Of a stretch of 64,000 nucleotides of DNA, positions 1 through 12,080 are shown piece by piece. The position numbers were made by a program, and so were the translations under genes. Source of the DNA: Azolla caroliniana (lineage: Eukaryota; Plantae; Polypodiophyta); assembly GCA_043228905.1 (NCBI GenBank), contig JBHGNT010000009.1, forward strand, positions 8,308,001 to 8,372,000. Direction: 5' to 3'. Positions within the stretch are counted from its first letter, which is position 1. Every line of letters begins with the position of its first letter. The notes beneath the pieces are model-generated. The model saw only the letters and a program-made list of their open reading frames with translations, made no database searches and was not told the DNA's origin.

Positions 1-182
1 TATCGCACAACCGGCAAAAGCTTCCGCAAATTCGTCCACTATCGGACCGACTCCCAAGTTCCAGATCGTGACCTTATCCACTTGTCGGTATCCTTTCTTC
101 AATCCTCCGGTTATAGTCGTGTACGTAGATGCCCCATCCAGACCAATTCGTACATGTTTTGCTCTGAGAGTTTTCTTCCTGT

Positions 183-246
183 GTGGGGTATCAGGGCTTC
201 TCGGACTATCACTTCCCCACTCCGCAACAGTCCGCTTTAAAAATCC
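183..246 (-). promoter_or_regulatory. Putative -1 ribosomal frameshift signal (G_GAU_UUU plus pseudoknot)
   Basis: Heptamer 246..240 abuts the UAA stop. 11-bp stem 234..224/212..202. Loop GUGGGG pairs with CCCCAC at 188..183. The -1 frame is open to base 1. Confidence 0.75.
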
Positions 247-2279
247 ATTCTCACTTGGGACAAGAGTTCCCTCTTGTTCCTTTCGTGATTTGCCGGCACC
301 GTTAGGAATTGGACGGATTTCCCACCGTTTTGGCTCCGAATTCGCGCAAAAGCCGCACTGCTATCGAGCACCTTCGTCTCCATCCGTGATGCCATGATAA
401 AGGGTTGGCCGAGGATGACGGAATGTGAAACCTCATCTTGCACGAAGAAATTTTGGTCGATCTCGACATCCCCGATCTTCACCGTCACATCCGGATAAGC
501 CGCAAATAGATCTTCCGTTGCTTTGGTGGCCGCCCGAATCTTCCATCCATGGTTGGTGTTAATAGGCCATTTCCCCTTCCGGTAGAACTCCTTGGACATC
601 AAGTTGACCTCCGATCCGTGATCAATCAATGCTAGCACGGGTTCTTTGATGTTGCCGATTCGGACTGGAGTCTCCGTAGTCGCGTGTGCCCAATGTGGCC
701 TTGTATAGTGGGAGTTCGGAATTTTGTCCTCCACTTCGGTGTCGTTCATTAAAACGGTGTTCGCATTCACCCTTGGAGCATTTTCCTCCGTACTTTGTCT
801 TTTTCGCTTCACAAGATCCACGAGAAGATCGTGGAACTCCTTCTTTGCTATTCCGAGTAGCTCCCGAAGTGAGAAATCTACCCGGCTATCCAAGATTCTT
901 TCCTCGAACACTCTTTTCAAGTCGGTTTGTTGTTCTATGTCCGAGGCGAGCTTGAATGCCGGAGTCGCCTTTTCTTTTCCCTTACCTCCGGGGTTCCAGC
1001 TTTCCGGTATCTTCGATGGCCCAGCCGCATCCTCCGTGCGTCGTCGTTTCTCGTCCACATACACCTTATGCAATTGACATAGGGCATATACGCTATTCTT
1101 GTCGACAGGGCACTCCCATCCCGTAGCTTCCCGGACACCTTCCGCGGTGCTTCGGATCTCATTGGAGTCGGTTTTCTCGGTGTTTTCTAGAACGTCCGGC
1201 CAAAAAGACGTCTTTGCTCTCGATGACTCCCCGACACATATTCCCGCGGTTGTCGCATAGTTGCTTCTTGCTGCCAATTCCTCCTCAAGCACCTTCTTCA
1301 TGCCGCCTTTCCGGAAGTTCGGTCGGAGTGGCTTCCGAGAGTCCATCGAATGAATCCGGTTTCCCTCGTAGTAGATGAGATCCCGCCGTAGCGCCTCCTT
1401 ATGCTCGTCGCAATCCCTCCGATCGTGTTCGGCACTATCACACCATATGCACCGTCGGTCCGTATACTTGGAGCTTGTGGGGCGGTCATCCGACTTCTTC
1501 ACCATCGCGATCTTCAGATTCTCCATCTCCTTCAATAGTTGCTCCACCGTAGATGCATCAATCCCCTTCTCGGTTGTAGTCTCCCGAGCCCTCGGTTGAT
1601 GGTCTTCCAATTCGGTTCTCGGTTTCGGAATCGGTTCCGAAACCCTCTTTTCCTCGTTGGCAAGCCATTGCCCCCTCTTCGTGTATCGCGCGACGATATC
1701 CCGCACGTTTTCCCATGTTTCGGTGAGGCCACTCTCCGTGGTCGTGTCCTCAAAGAGCACTCCGAGATCTTTCCGGTCCCGGACGTCCACAGCTCGCAAG
1801 AACATGATCACCTTGTCCGGTACGAGGATAGCTTGATCTCTCGCGGACAACCTCCCGAACCGGCTTTCAAATGCCAAAAACACATCAACGACCTTCAATC
1901 CCTTGTCCGGTGTCTCCACCCAATCTTCGAATCCCCTTCGCGTCGCCTTGGAGGAATCCTCGATGGCGAACGTCCTCTTTAGCTCTTCTTCAAATGCCTC
2001 CCATGTCGGATTTTGTTGTCGTAGCCCATGGATGCTTGCTTGAAGCCCGTCGGTCGCCACCCGGTTGAAGGACGTCACTTGCAGTCCTTCCGATATTCCG
2101 CACCGTAGCATCTCCGCCTTGTAGTCCCGAAGATACCATGACACGTCTTTCCCGTTGAATTGCCTGTTTCGTTGCACGAGCCGCTCCACTGATGCCGCTA
2201 TCTCCGACATCGCGCGTTGTTCTTGTAGCATGCGCTCGAACATCATCATCATGTTGCTAGCCTCCGGTTGATTTTCCAT
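237..2279 (-). CDS. Gag-protease polyprotein of Gypsy A (680 aa)
   Basis: Zinc knuckle CIWCDSAEHDRRDC. Aspartic protease motif LALIDHGSEVNLM and downstream VILGQPF. Confidence 0.9.
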   Translation of the reverse strand: MENQPEASNMMMMFERMLQEQRAMSEIAASVERLVQRNRQFNGKDVSWYLRDYKAEMLRCGISEGLQVTSFNRVATDGLQASIHGLRQQNPTWEAFEEELKRTFAIEDSSKATRRGFEDWVETPDKGLKVVDVFLAFESRFGRLSARDQAILVPDKVIMFLRAVDVRDRKDLGVLFEDTTTESGLTETWENVRDIVARYTKRGQWLANEEKRVSEPIPKPRTELEDHQPRARETTTEKGIDASTVEQLLKEMENLKIAMVKKSDDRPTSSKYTDRRCIWCDSAEHDRRDCDEHKEALRRDLIYYEGNRIHSMDSRKPLRPNFRKGGMKKVLEEELAARSNYATTAGICVGESSRAKTSFWPDVLENTEKTDSNEIRSTAEGVREATGWECPVDKNSVYALCQLHKVYVDEKRRRTEDAAGPSKIPESWNPGGKGKEKATPAFKLASDIEQQTDLKRVFEERILDSRVDFSLRELLGIAKKEFHDLLVDLVKRKRQSTEENAPRVNANTVLMNDTEVEDKIPNSHYTRPHWAHATTETPVRIGNIKEPVLALIDHGSEVNLMSKEFYRKGKWPINTNHGWKIRAATKATEDLFAAYPDVTVKIGDVEIDQNFFVQDEVSHSVILGQPFIMASRMETKVLDSSAAFARIRSQNGGKSVQFLTVPANHERNKRELLSQVRMDF

Positions 2280-2939
2280 CTCCTTCCCACCCGGTCTTCA
2301 CGTCTGGTTCACGAATTGTGTCGTGCCTTTCGGCCCCAGATCGTTGCGTGAGTTGGGTGGGAACCGCCGAGGTTTTGGACTAGGTGCAAGAGGAATACAA
2401 CTTAAGGCTAGTTATGAATAGTAGAAAGAGAAGTAAGATAGCAATCTCGTGAATCCCACGAATATATTAGATTGATCAATCCTTGTATATTAATCAACAA
2501 CCTTATACATATTTCTCTCCTCCTTATAAAGATGGAAGAGGCTAAGCATGGCTTCACGCTTTTTCACCAAAAGTGTCCATGCACACTAAATGTGCATGTG
2601 ATGCTTTGTCATTTCCTAATTATAGGGCTCATGCACGCTAGATGTGCATGAGTCACTTTTAATGTCACGTGTAAATAAAATATTCACACCCTAAAGAATA
2701 CATGATTTTTACCTTTAAATATAGGTATGTGTAAATAAAGGTCTTATACGTATTAAATCTATATATATAACACTAAAGATAAGTTATTACAATGGTAATG
2801 TTGGGGTTTATCTACGTGGAGGTGTAGGGTTTGAATCCTGCCTTAAGCACGTGATAAGTATTTTGATATATTATTTATTTATTTATATGTATCTAAACCG
2901 GATATATTATTTTATGGTTTTCACGTAGTGTGTGGAATA

Positions 2940-3340
2940 CACTATGACAACGGTAGTAGTTGTAGAGGTGATAACAACAATTACAACGACGATACTTATA
3001 GAGGCGGTAAGGAGCGATGACAACAATACCATGTGGTGAGGTACGCACAAAGTAGCGATGGTAGCAACACTACTTGTAGAGGTGGTAATGACTATAGGCA
3101 ACAAGAGTACTTGTAGAGGCAATAATGAGAAATTGTAGTGGCGGTACAAACAGAGGCGGTAAGGAGTGATTGTAGTACGTACTACATGTAGAGGTAGTAA
3201 GGAGCAATTGCAACAGCAATACTTAAATAGGCGGTAAGGAGCGATGACAACAATACCATGTGTAGATGCACGAAGGAGCTATGGTAGATAGAAACATTTA
3301 TGAGGGAAGGAAGGTTGTAGACAGAATGAGGAGACAAGAA
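2940..3340. repeat. Degenerate low-complexity tandem repeat
   Basis: AGGCGGTAAGGAGCGATGACAACAATACCATGTG occurs near 3002 and 3229, with a partial copy near 3153. TGTAGAGG recurs. Confidence 0.6.
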
Positions 3341-3533
3341 CAACAACAAAATTGGTGATGCCATTAATGTTGCCAATGTGATTTATCATATAGAATGGAG
3401 CATTAAATCTACCTACGAATTGTCGAATACGGGTGTATAATAGTTGTATTCACACTATCTCACTCGAACAGACTAAGTTTAGGACAATTATGTAAATATG
3501 TGGAAGGGCAGTTGCCCTAGCCTAGTTGGTATA

Positions 3534-3570
3534 TGTAAAGAATCAATGATGATTTTGTGTAGTGGAAGAG

Positions 3571-3644
<74 letters not shown>

Positions 3645-6600
3645 ACGAGAAAAATACAGAAAAATAAAAAACTATATTAACACTAGCAAGAATGAGCCAA
3701 CAACAACAATAATTACAAGGAGAAGGAGAAGATGCTTATGTAGTCACCTTCTCTCTAAGTTCTCTCACTGAAATGGCCCCTTGGGAAAAAGGTCAAGCCT
3801 TAACTACTTAAAGAATGTGTTATAGGATATGAACTTCTATGACACATTAGTTACTATACAAGGAGGTGGGGTATTCACACACTTGAGTGTCCTAGAGTGT
3901 GTTCCCACACATGGGAAGTTGAGTTTGATTCTCAATACGCCCCTTCAAACACAACTTCTAATCACCGGATCGCTGGTTCGAAAAAGGTCTTCGGGTCGGT
4001 TCTGAGTCGACCAACTTGAATGGTCGGTTCACTCTTGCTACAGCTCGGTTGTTTGACGGTCGAAAGACCTAGGTTCGTCGTGAATTGTCGTAGCTTGTCA
4101 AACCCCATGGCCTTGGTGAAGATGTTGGTCGTATGTAGGTTCGTGTTGATGTGTTGTAGGTCAACATCCCCGGCCAGAACACGCTCTCAGATGAAGTGAT
4201 AGTGCACTTCCATGTGCGTGGTTCGAGCGTGGAAAACTGGGTTCCGAGCCAGGTGAATACTGCTCATATTGTCGCAGTAGAGGAGAATCGGATCCATGAT
4301 GGGAACGCCCAAATCCTTCAAGATTCTTTTTAGCCAAATGGCTTCACATGCAGCGACTACTGTGCTCCTGTATTCAACTTCTATGCTCGATAGTGTGACT
4401 ATCAAATGCTTCTTATTGCTCTAGGATATGGCTCCACTGGCAAGGGAGAAGACAAACCCTGAGGTTGATCATTTGTCAACTTTGTAGTCGGCCCAGTCGG
4501 CATCTGTGTACCCTTCGAGTTGTATCGGCGTGGCCGATTTGTAGAGGATGTTGTAATCCATGGTTCCACTCACATAGCTTAGTACTCGCTTAGCATAGTC
4601 AAGATGGATGTCTCGTGGAGTTTGCATGAGCTGGCTAAGGAGGCCGACCGGGTAACTCAGGTCGGGTCGGGTAATGGTGAGGTAGATTAGGCTTCCGACT
4701 AGCTGATGATAGAGCATCCACTCACACTCTCTTGTGCCTGAGTCGACATCTAGCGTTAGGTTGTGATTGAGAGGGGTAGTGATGGGCTTACACTGTGTCA
4801 TCCCAAACTTGTAAAGAAGATTGAGGATATAGTGACTTTGAGAAAGCATGATACCATTAGGAGTCGAATTACTTCTATTCCTAGAAAGTAATGGAGCTCC
4901 TTCATGTCTTTCATTTCGAATCGGTTGGAGATGAGCTTCTTGATCTGCTCAATGTTTGTTAAGTGCTCTCCTCCTATGACCAAGTCATCCACATAAATGA
5001 TGATCGATACCTGTCCTCTAGAGTCACTCAAGATGAATAGAGAGTTGTCAGACTTGGACATGTTGAAGACAATTTGATGAAGATACTAAGCGATCTTTGA
5101 ATGTCATGCTCTCGGTGGCTACTTGAGGCCATTGAAGGGTTTTTTTAGTCGACATATTGCTTGCGGGTGTGTGCTCAACTTGAAGCCTGGTGGTTATATC
5201 ATGCAAACCTCCTCATTTAATTCTCCTTGGAGAAAGGCGTTCTTGACATCCATTTGGTGGAGGTACCACCCTTTGGCTACTGCGAGTGCGATCATAGTTC
5301 GAATGGTAATCATCTTTGCCACCGGGGCAAAGGTCTTATCATAATCAATACCGTGCGTCTGCACATAGCCATTTGCCACAAGCCGGCCCTTGTACTGATT
5401 GACAATGCTGTCAGCATTATGCTTCACTTTGAAGATCCACTGGCATCCAATTTCCTTTTGGTGGTGTGAAAAAGGGATGAGATCCCATGTCTCATTCTTG
5501 GAGAGTGCTTGCATTCTCCTCATTCATCGCTTCAACCCATCGTGGGTCTTTAGCGGCTTCGGAAAAGGTTTTTGTCTTTCGGACTATCGCCACCTTCATC
5601 ATGAATGCATAATGATATGACATATAGTAGTTGTAGCCAAATCGGCTGACTACGTTCTTGTCTCGGGTGGAGCGACGTGGTTCTCTTGGTGTCCTCATGA
5701 TGGGAACATCCAATTCAACATGCTCGCTATCGAATGAGTGAGTCGATTCATTTCCATCTGAGTTTTCGTACTCAGGCATTTTGGCCTTACCTTTGGTGCC
5801 CGTCTTCGGACTTGGCCGCAACGTGCTTTGGTCGCTTGGAGGCTCTTGTTGTCCACTCAACCTAGTTGAGATTGGACGTACCTCTGATGTGAGCCTTAGT
5901 CGATCATCCTTCTCTGCATATGTGTCGAACTCGGTTTCGATTAGGTTGGATGGAGGTGAGTCGACTGTGTACCAGGATGCTGACTTATCGAAGACAACAC
6001 CCCTACTCACTCATACATTCTTGGTAGAGGGGTTGAAGCACTTATACCCTTTTTGCTCACGTGAGTACCCCACAAGAATACATTTTTCCGACTTAGGATC
6101 GAGCTTCAGTTGCTTCTCATTGGGAATATGTACATATACTATTGAACCGAATATCCTGATGTGGGATAGATTCAGTTTCTTCCCATAGAACCTCTCATAG
6201 GGGGTAAGATCGTGCACTCCTAGTTTTGTGCAGCGATTCATCAGATAGACGGCCGTATTCATCGCCTCAGCCCAATATGACTTTGGCAGATGTTTCTCGT
6301 TCATCATTGCCCTTGCCACCTCGAGTATGTGCCGGTTCTTGCGTTCGGCTACTCCGTTCTGTTGAGATGTGTGTCAGCAAGTAAACTCTTGTCGTATTCC
6401 TTCTGGTTGAAGGTATGTTGTAAAGGCGTCAAAGAAGTACTCTTTGCTGTTGTCCGATTGAAGGCATCATACATGACTATTGGTTGCCTTTTCTACTTCG
6501 TTCTTGAATTTCTGGAAGTGTGAGAACACTTGACTCTTCTGGCGCATGGGATAAATCCAGGTATGTCTGGAGAAGTCGTTGATGAACGTTACGTAGTACC

Positions 6601-8231
6601 GGCAACTGCCGAATGTTGTCGTCTAGGCTAGTCCCCATACATCTGAATGTATTACATCCAGGACCCCTTTGCTTATGTTCTTTTGCTTTGGGAATAGTTG
6701 TCGGTGCTATTTGCCGAATTGGCAAGCTTCACACACGCCTGCAATCTCCTTTTCGGTGAAGGTTGGGAGTCTGGTGGCGACTCTTTTCAACTACAGTCCT
6801 TTGAGCTTTTGGAGATTGATGTGGCCAATCCTTTTGTGTCACTGCTCTATGCCAGCGTTGGCTCTATGACCCTTGGCATATATTGCCGATTTCATCTCAT
6901 GTGAATTGAAAAGAACATCTGACCTTCTCTTCGACCATGGGCAATGAGTCGGCCTTCTTTTTCGATGAAGCACTCTCCGTTGTGGAAGCGAACTTGCATG
7001 CCTTGTTCCACAATTTGGCCAACTGAGACTAGATTCTTTGTTATTGTTGGAACATGCACAATGTTCTTGATGTAGGTTTGGTTGCCTTCTTCCCCAAATG
7101 GGACATTGCCGGCATGTTGAATGGGGTGAATTATGTCATCCCCAGTTTCCACATAGCTAAGTCGTTCAACCTTTTGTAGATCTTGGAACTAATCCTCATG
7201 AGACATCATGTGGTTAGATGTGCATGAGTCAACAAACCATACATCTTCTGAGTTGGAGGTGTTGGTCGGGTTGGACGCTGTCATAGAGTTCACTTTGTGC
7301 CTCATCACAAACATTCCGCCACGATCGTCGTAGTCGGAGTTTGATGCGTAGTTGGTGAGTTGTCCACTTGTGAAGGCCAACTTACTCTTATTTTTGTGAC
7401 ACTTTGCCTCATAGTGGCCAAACTTGCCACAGTATCCTCACTGAGCAGAGTTATTTTGTCAGCTCGGCCTAGCATGATAGCTCCCCCTTCTTCTTGACGC
7501 TCCGCCTCACACATTCGTAGCGTCTTGTCGATAGTTGCAGTTTTGTTCTCAGGGTTTCCTTTGATTGTACCGACCTTGGCCTGGTTGGCCCCTTCTTCCA
7601 TGACCTTGGCCTCTTCCATTGTCCAAGTTTGTGTAAAGAATCTGTCCATCAGATGTGTTGCCTCTTGTTCGGACATGGTTTTCTTCCACCAGTAACATCG
7701 ACTGGAGATCGAAGGAGGGAGACTTCTCCATTGCGAGGACAATCGACCGAATGGCGCTAAAATGTGGTGCTAAGCCATTGAGGCATATCTCCACCATTTT
7801 GTCATCGTCAATGTTGACATGGATCGACCCGAGGGAGTCGCACAACTCCTTGATCTTCAAGGTGTAGCTGCCGATGGGCATATCCCTCTATTGAATATTG
7901 TTCAACTCTTGCTCGAGATGAAGCTTTTGAGTGGTTGTGTTTGCTGTGAATATCTTCTTTGGGTGTTTTGGCCTCTCGGATATAGCTGAGCATGTGATCA
8001 TGGACGCATGATGCAAGACAATACAACACCCGACTTACTACTTGCTCCCAAATTGGATGGTCGGCATGTGCTAGGTTGGGTTGATTTTTGTTTGCTCCTT
8101 TGACATAACTCCAAGGTATTGATGCATCTTATACTCCCAAGTCGCGAAATTGTTTTTGTCGAGTTTCTCTGTAGGAAGAGTGCTTCCCATTTGAGTGTTC
8201 ATGTCGAACTTCTTCTTCTCTTTATTTGAGA

Positions 8232-8276
<45 letters not shown>

Positions 8277-8403
8277 ACACGAGAAAAATAAAGAAAAAAA
8301 AAAAATTGTATTAACACTAACAAGAATGAGCAACCAACAACAACAATTACAAGGAGAAGGAGAAGGTGCTTATGTAATCACCTTCTCTCTAAGTTCTCTC
8401 ACT
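3534..8403 (-). mobile_element. Decayed Ty1/Copia element G
   Basis: Fragmented gag, protease (WFVDSCTSNHM), integrase, RT (IIYVDDLVI) and RNase H (YCDNMSSI). 3' LTR about 3534..3937 with an adjacent PPT. Partial 5' LTR about 8228..8403 matches about 3567..3769. Confidence 0.9.
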
Positions 8404-8769
8404 AGAACTGTTACAGGCATGACCATATAATATCCTGTGGTGAGAATGTATCGTAGTATTCTATACACGTGGATAAAGTGTGAGGCTTAAATGAGAGTGT
8501 AAAGAAGGGGAAGATTACTTTTAATCCTCGGGATTGAGACAACCCATTAGGCCAAGTGTGAACTTGCTTGGGGGCCTTGGGTTTGGCTATAAATATGAGG
8601 CCTAGCTACCCTCATTTGACACATTATCGACTACGTCGAGAGTCAAGACTCTGACATTGTGGTGGGTAAGCTCTTGTAGCGAGCGCGCCAACACTGGGTA
8701 CGACTCGATGCCACGACAGTGGTATGGGACGCCGATCGAGGCTTGAGTCCGTCTCGATCCCTTCGCTCA

Positions 8770-9422
8770 AGGGTGGTCTGAACTTCGACTCTAGGCCTCC
8801 AAGACATACCTACACCATCTCATTTTCCTCGATGGTCACATTGATGGAGGCAAATGAGTCCTAGATGTCTTTGATCCGGTCCCTGTAGTCGGCCACAGAC
8901 ATGTCCTTCTGTCGAAGTTGCAGCTTCCAAACCGTGGTGCTTTTAGGTTTTCGGAACCTTCCTTTGGTGTCTTGGCGTCCCAGATATGGCTGAACAGTTG
9001 ATCACCGACACTGGACGCAAAGCAATACATTACCCTGTTTGCCGCTTGTTCCCAAGCTAGGAAGTCTCTGTGCACCGCATCAGGTGTCGTATTGTCAGCT
9101 CCATCGACATAACTCCAGTAGCCATGCCCGAGCAAGTACTGGTGCATCTTGTACGACGAAGGTGCATAGCTGGATTAGTTGAGCTTCTCCATCGGGAGTG
9201 AGCTAGCCATTCCTCATGCTATTCTCTCCTTCCTGTTCTCTCCCAAATATTAGGGTTTGTCCGTAGAGGTAGCTTGTCGGTAGCAGAGGTTCTCAACCCA
9301 CGCGCTCTGATACCATGTAAAAGATATTGCGTGCGGATAAAATATAGAGTTATGATCTAATGTAAGCATATGATAAGGATAAAATATAGATAAATAAGAA
9401 AGGAGAGAGAGAAAGAAGGGTG
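8770..9422 (-). mobile_element. Inverted Copia 5' fragment (LTR end, PBS, gag N-terminus), probably from element H
   Basis: PBS TGGTATCAGAGC at 9315..9304. Gag MHQYLLGHGYWSYVDG, ending at CLGGLESKF. Confidence 0.8.
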
Positions 9423-12080
9423 CCGATCCACCCTCCGAACTGCGGTATGTACAAGGGAGAATATGCCCTCCTTTTTTGACTTACAGTCAATGCTCCTTGT
9501 AGAGGAGAACCACACGGGTGAATCGACGAGCATGCACACCGACAATCGGATGTTGTACACGGAGGCGGATCCGCCCCGTGGGTGTGGAGGACTACGTGAT
9601 TCGGTGCGCAATGCAAGTGCCCGACAAGTGCATAATCAGAGGCAAAAAGATGGTGCCAACAACAACTTCGAACCCTCTGGAAACAAGGGTAGTCGAAGCG
9701 GGGCCGGAAACCGGAAAGGAAAGGCTGACACGGAATATTGGTATTGTGGCCAGAAGAGCCACATAGAAAGTGAGTGTTGGACGAATAGGGCTAATTCAGA
9801 CAAAGCCAGATCGAGCCGGAATAACGCAGATAGGTGTCATCGATCGCACTTGTCCAAAAGCTTGAGGAGAGCCGTGTCGGGACCAGCCCTCTTAATGAAG
9901 CATAAGGTTAATAACTGGATGGGAGTATCTGACTCGAAGTAGGAAGAAGTTTGGTACGTGGACTCTGGATCTTCAAACCACATGACGAACCACAAAGAGT
10001 GGTTCTCTTTTCTTGAGAAGTTGGAAAAGCCGAGGGTAGTTGAAACCGGAGACAATGCCTCACATCCCATCGAGCACATTGGAGATGTCCCTCTGAGCCA
10101 TGTCGGCCAGAAAGGAATCATGAGGAACATCCTGCATGTTTTCATGATCACCAAGAACTTGGTGCCGGTTGGCCAGATCATAGATCAAAGAATGCAGGTC
10201 TGATTTACTCACCGCGGTTGCTTCATAAAGAAGGAAGGCTGGATCATCGCGCAAGGGCATTGGGATGGAAGAATGTTCATCCTCGAAACCAATGATGTAG
10301 AAATCGCTATGTTCACGAAAGGGCAGAAGGTCGAGTCGGACATCAACTTGTGGCATAAGCAGATCGGCCCCATCAACTTTCGGAAATTGCAGGAGATGCA
10401 GTCGGCACACGTGGTTTCCGAACTACCGAAATTAGTGGCCAGAAAGGCCAAATAGATGAAGCCTGCTAACTCGAGAAGCATCATAGGCTTCCATTCCTCA
10501 ACGAGAAGAATTGGAGCCGTAGTCGGCTTGATCTTAGGATATGTGGGGATCGGCACAAAATGTGAGCATCAGCAGAAGTCGGCATTTCGTCTCCTTCATC
10601 GACGATTTCAGCCAACACACCTAGATCTACTTACTCGAGAAGATGAGTGAAGTCTTCTCATGCTTCGAAGACTTAAAGAATCATGTAGAAAGAGAAAATG
10701 GAAGAAAGATCAAGTGTTTGAGATCAAATGGTGGAAAAGAGTACTTTTCCGGTCAGTTCACGAGTTATCTACAGATGAAGGGAATCTGACGAGAATTCTC
10801 CTGTAGATACATGCCAGAGCAAAATGGCGTGGCCGAACGTCGGAATCATATGCTGGTAGAAGCGTCAAGGGCGATGCTAGAATAGAAATGCATGTCCCGG
10901 ATTTATTGGATCGAACCAATTCGGACTGCCGTCTACATACAAAATCGGATATCTGCCTCAGGGACAAAGGTGTCGCCGCACAAACAATGTTTTGAGTAGA
11001 AGCCGAATTTGGCGCACCTTCAGGTATTCGGCAACATTACTTGTGTGCATGTGTCGTATGAGAAGCGGAAGAAACTGGATGCAAAATCCGAGAACTGCAT
11101 CTTGGTTGGCTACTCCGATGACGAGAAGGGGGTCTAAGTGCTATAACCCCCATACGAAGCAAGTCCGAGTTCACCATGATGTCGTCGTCCACAAATCCTC
11201 ATATTGGTACTTCTCATCACCCAAACCCGAGTCGATTGCTGTGGACGAAGCAACTGATTCTAGAACAGAAGGAAGCATAGTGGAATCCGAACTGGATAGT
11301 ATGACTTCACTTCGGATTAGTGGACCGAATCCGGACTGGTTGAGCCAGAGCAGTCAACCGGATGATGAGCTGGCGAGTAGTGATGACTCAGTTGTGCTCT
11401 CCCCGCATAAGGAACAGTCTCCCTGCGTAAGGAACTGAGCAGACGGTTAATGCAAAAAGAGAAGGGGAAGAAAAAGATGTTGGAATACGATACCAGCAGA
11501 GATGAGTCAGATTGGAACAAATCCGACTCCAAAAAGAACAAAGACGGATCTTTAGGAGAAAAGTCTGAGTCGGCCAAGAGGGCTAAGAAATCGGCGAACC
11601 AGAAGTTGCGTTGAGGCACCTGCCAAAAGCACCCCGTAGTTTGATACAGATATAACGAGCATATGGCACATCACTATGTGTACATGGTGAAGGTGGCAGT
11701 CGTGTGTAATCCGGAAAGCTACGCAAAAGTGGCTAAGGATCCGAATTGGCAGAAGGCCATGGAGGAAGAGATACACGCGCTCATGGAAAATGAAACATGG
11801 GACTTGGTGCATGTACCGAAAGGAGTGAAGCACATCAGTTGTCGGTGGGTGTATAAAGTCAAATACAATTCCTATGGCTCCATTAACAGGTACAAGGCCT
11901 GACTGGTGGTTAAAGGCTACGCGCAGTAGCACATAATCGATTATGACGAAACCTTCGTGCCGGTTGCAAAGATGACAACAGTCTGTGTCTTGCTTGAGGT
12001 GGTAGCGGCAAAGGGTGGCATCTACATTAGATGGATGTGAAAAACACGTTCCTGCAAGACGACCTTGAGGAATAGGTGTA

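Larger units (their letters stand above)
1..2856 (-). mobile_element. Ty3/Gypsy LTR retrotransposon A, 5' part; runs off the window start
   Basis: Gag-protease ORF 237..2279. Probable 5' LTR about 2319..2856, with minus-strand termini TATCACGTG...CACGACA. LTR limits are unconfirmed because the second LTR is outside the window. Confidence 0.85.

Noticed and set aside
8406-8730. Additional LTR followed by a PBS-like TGGTAT
   Set aside because: TG...CA ends and a TATA box are suggestive, but there is no partner LTR, TSD or coding sequence.
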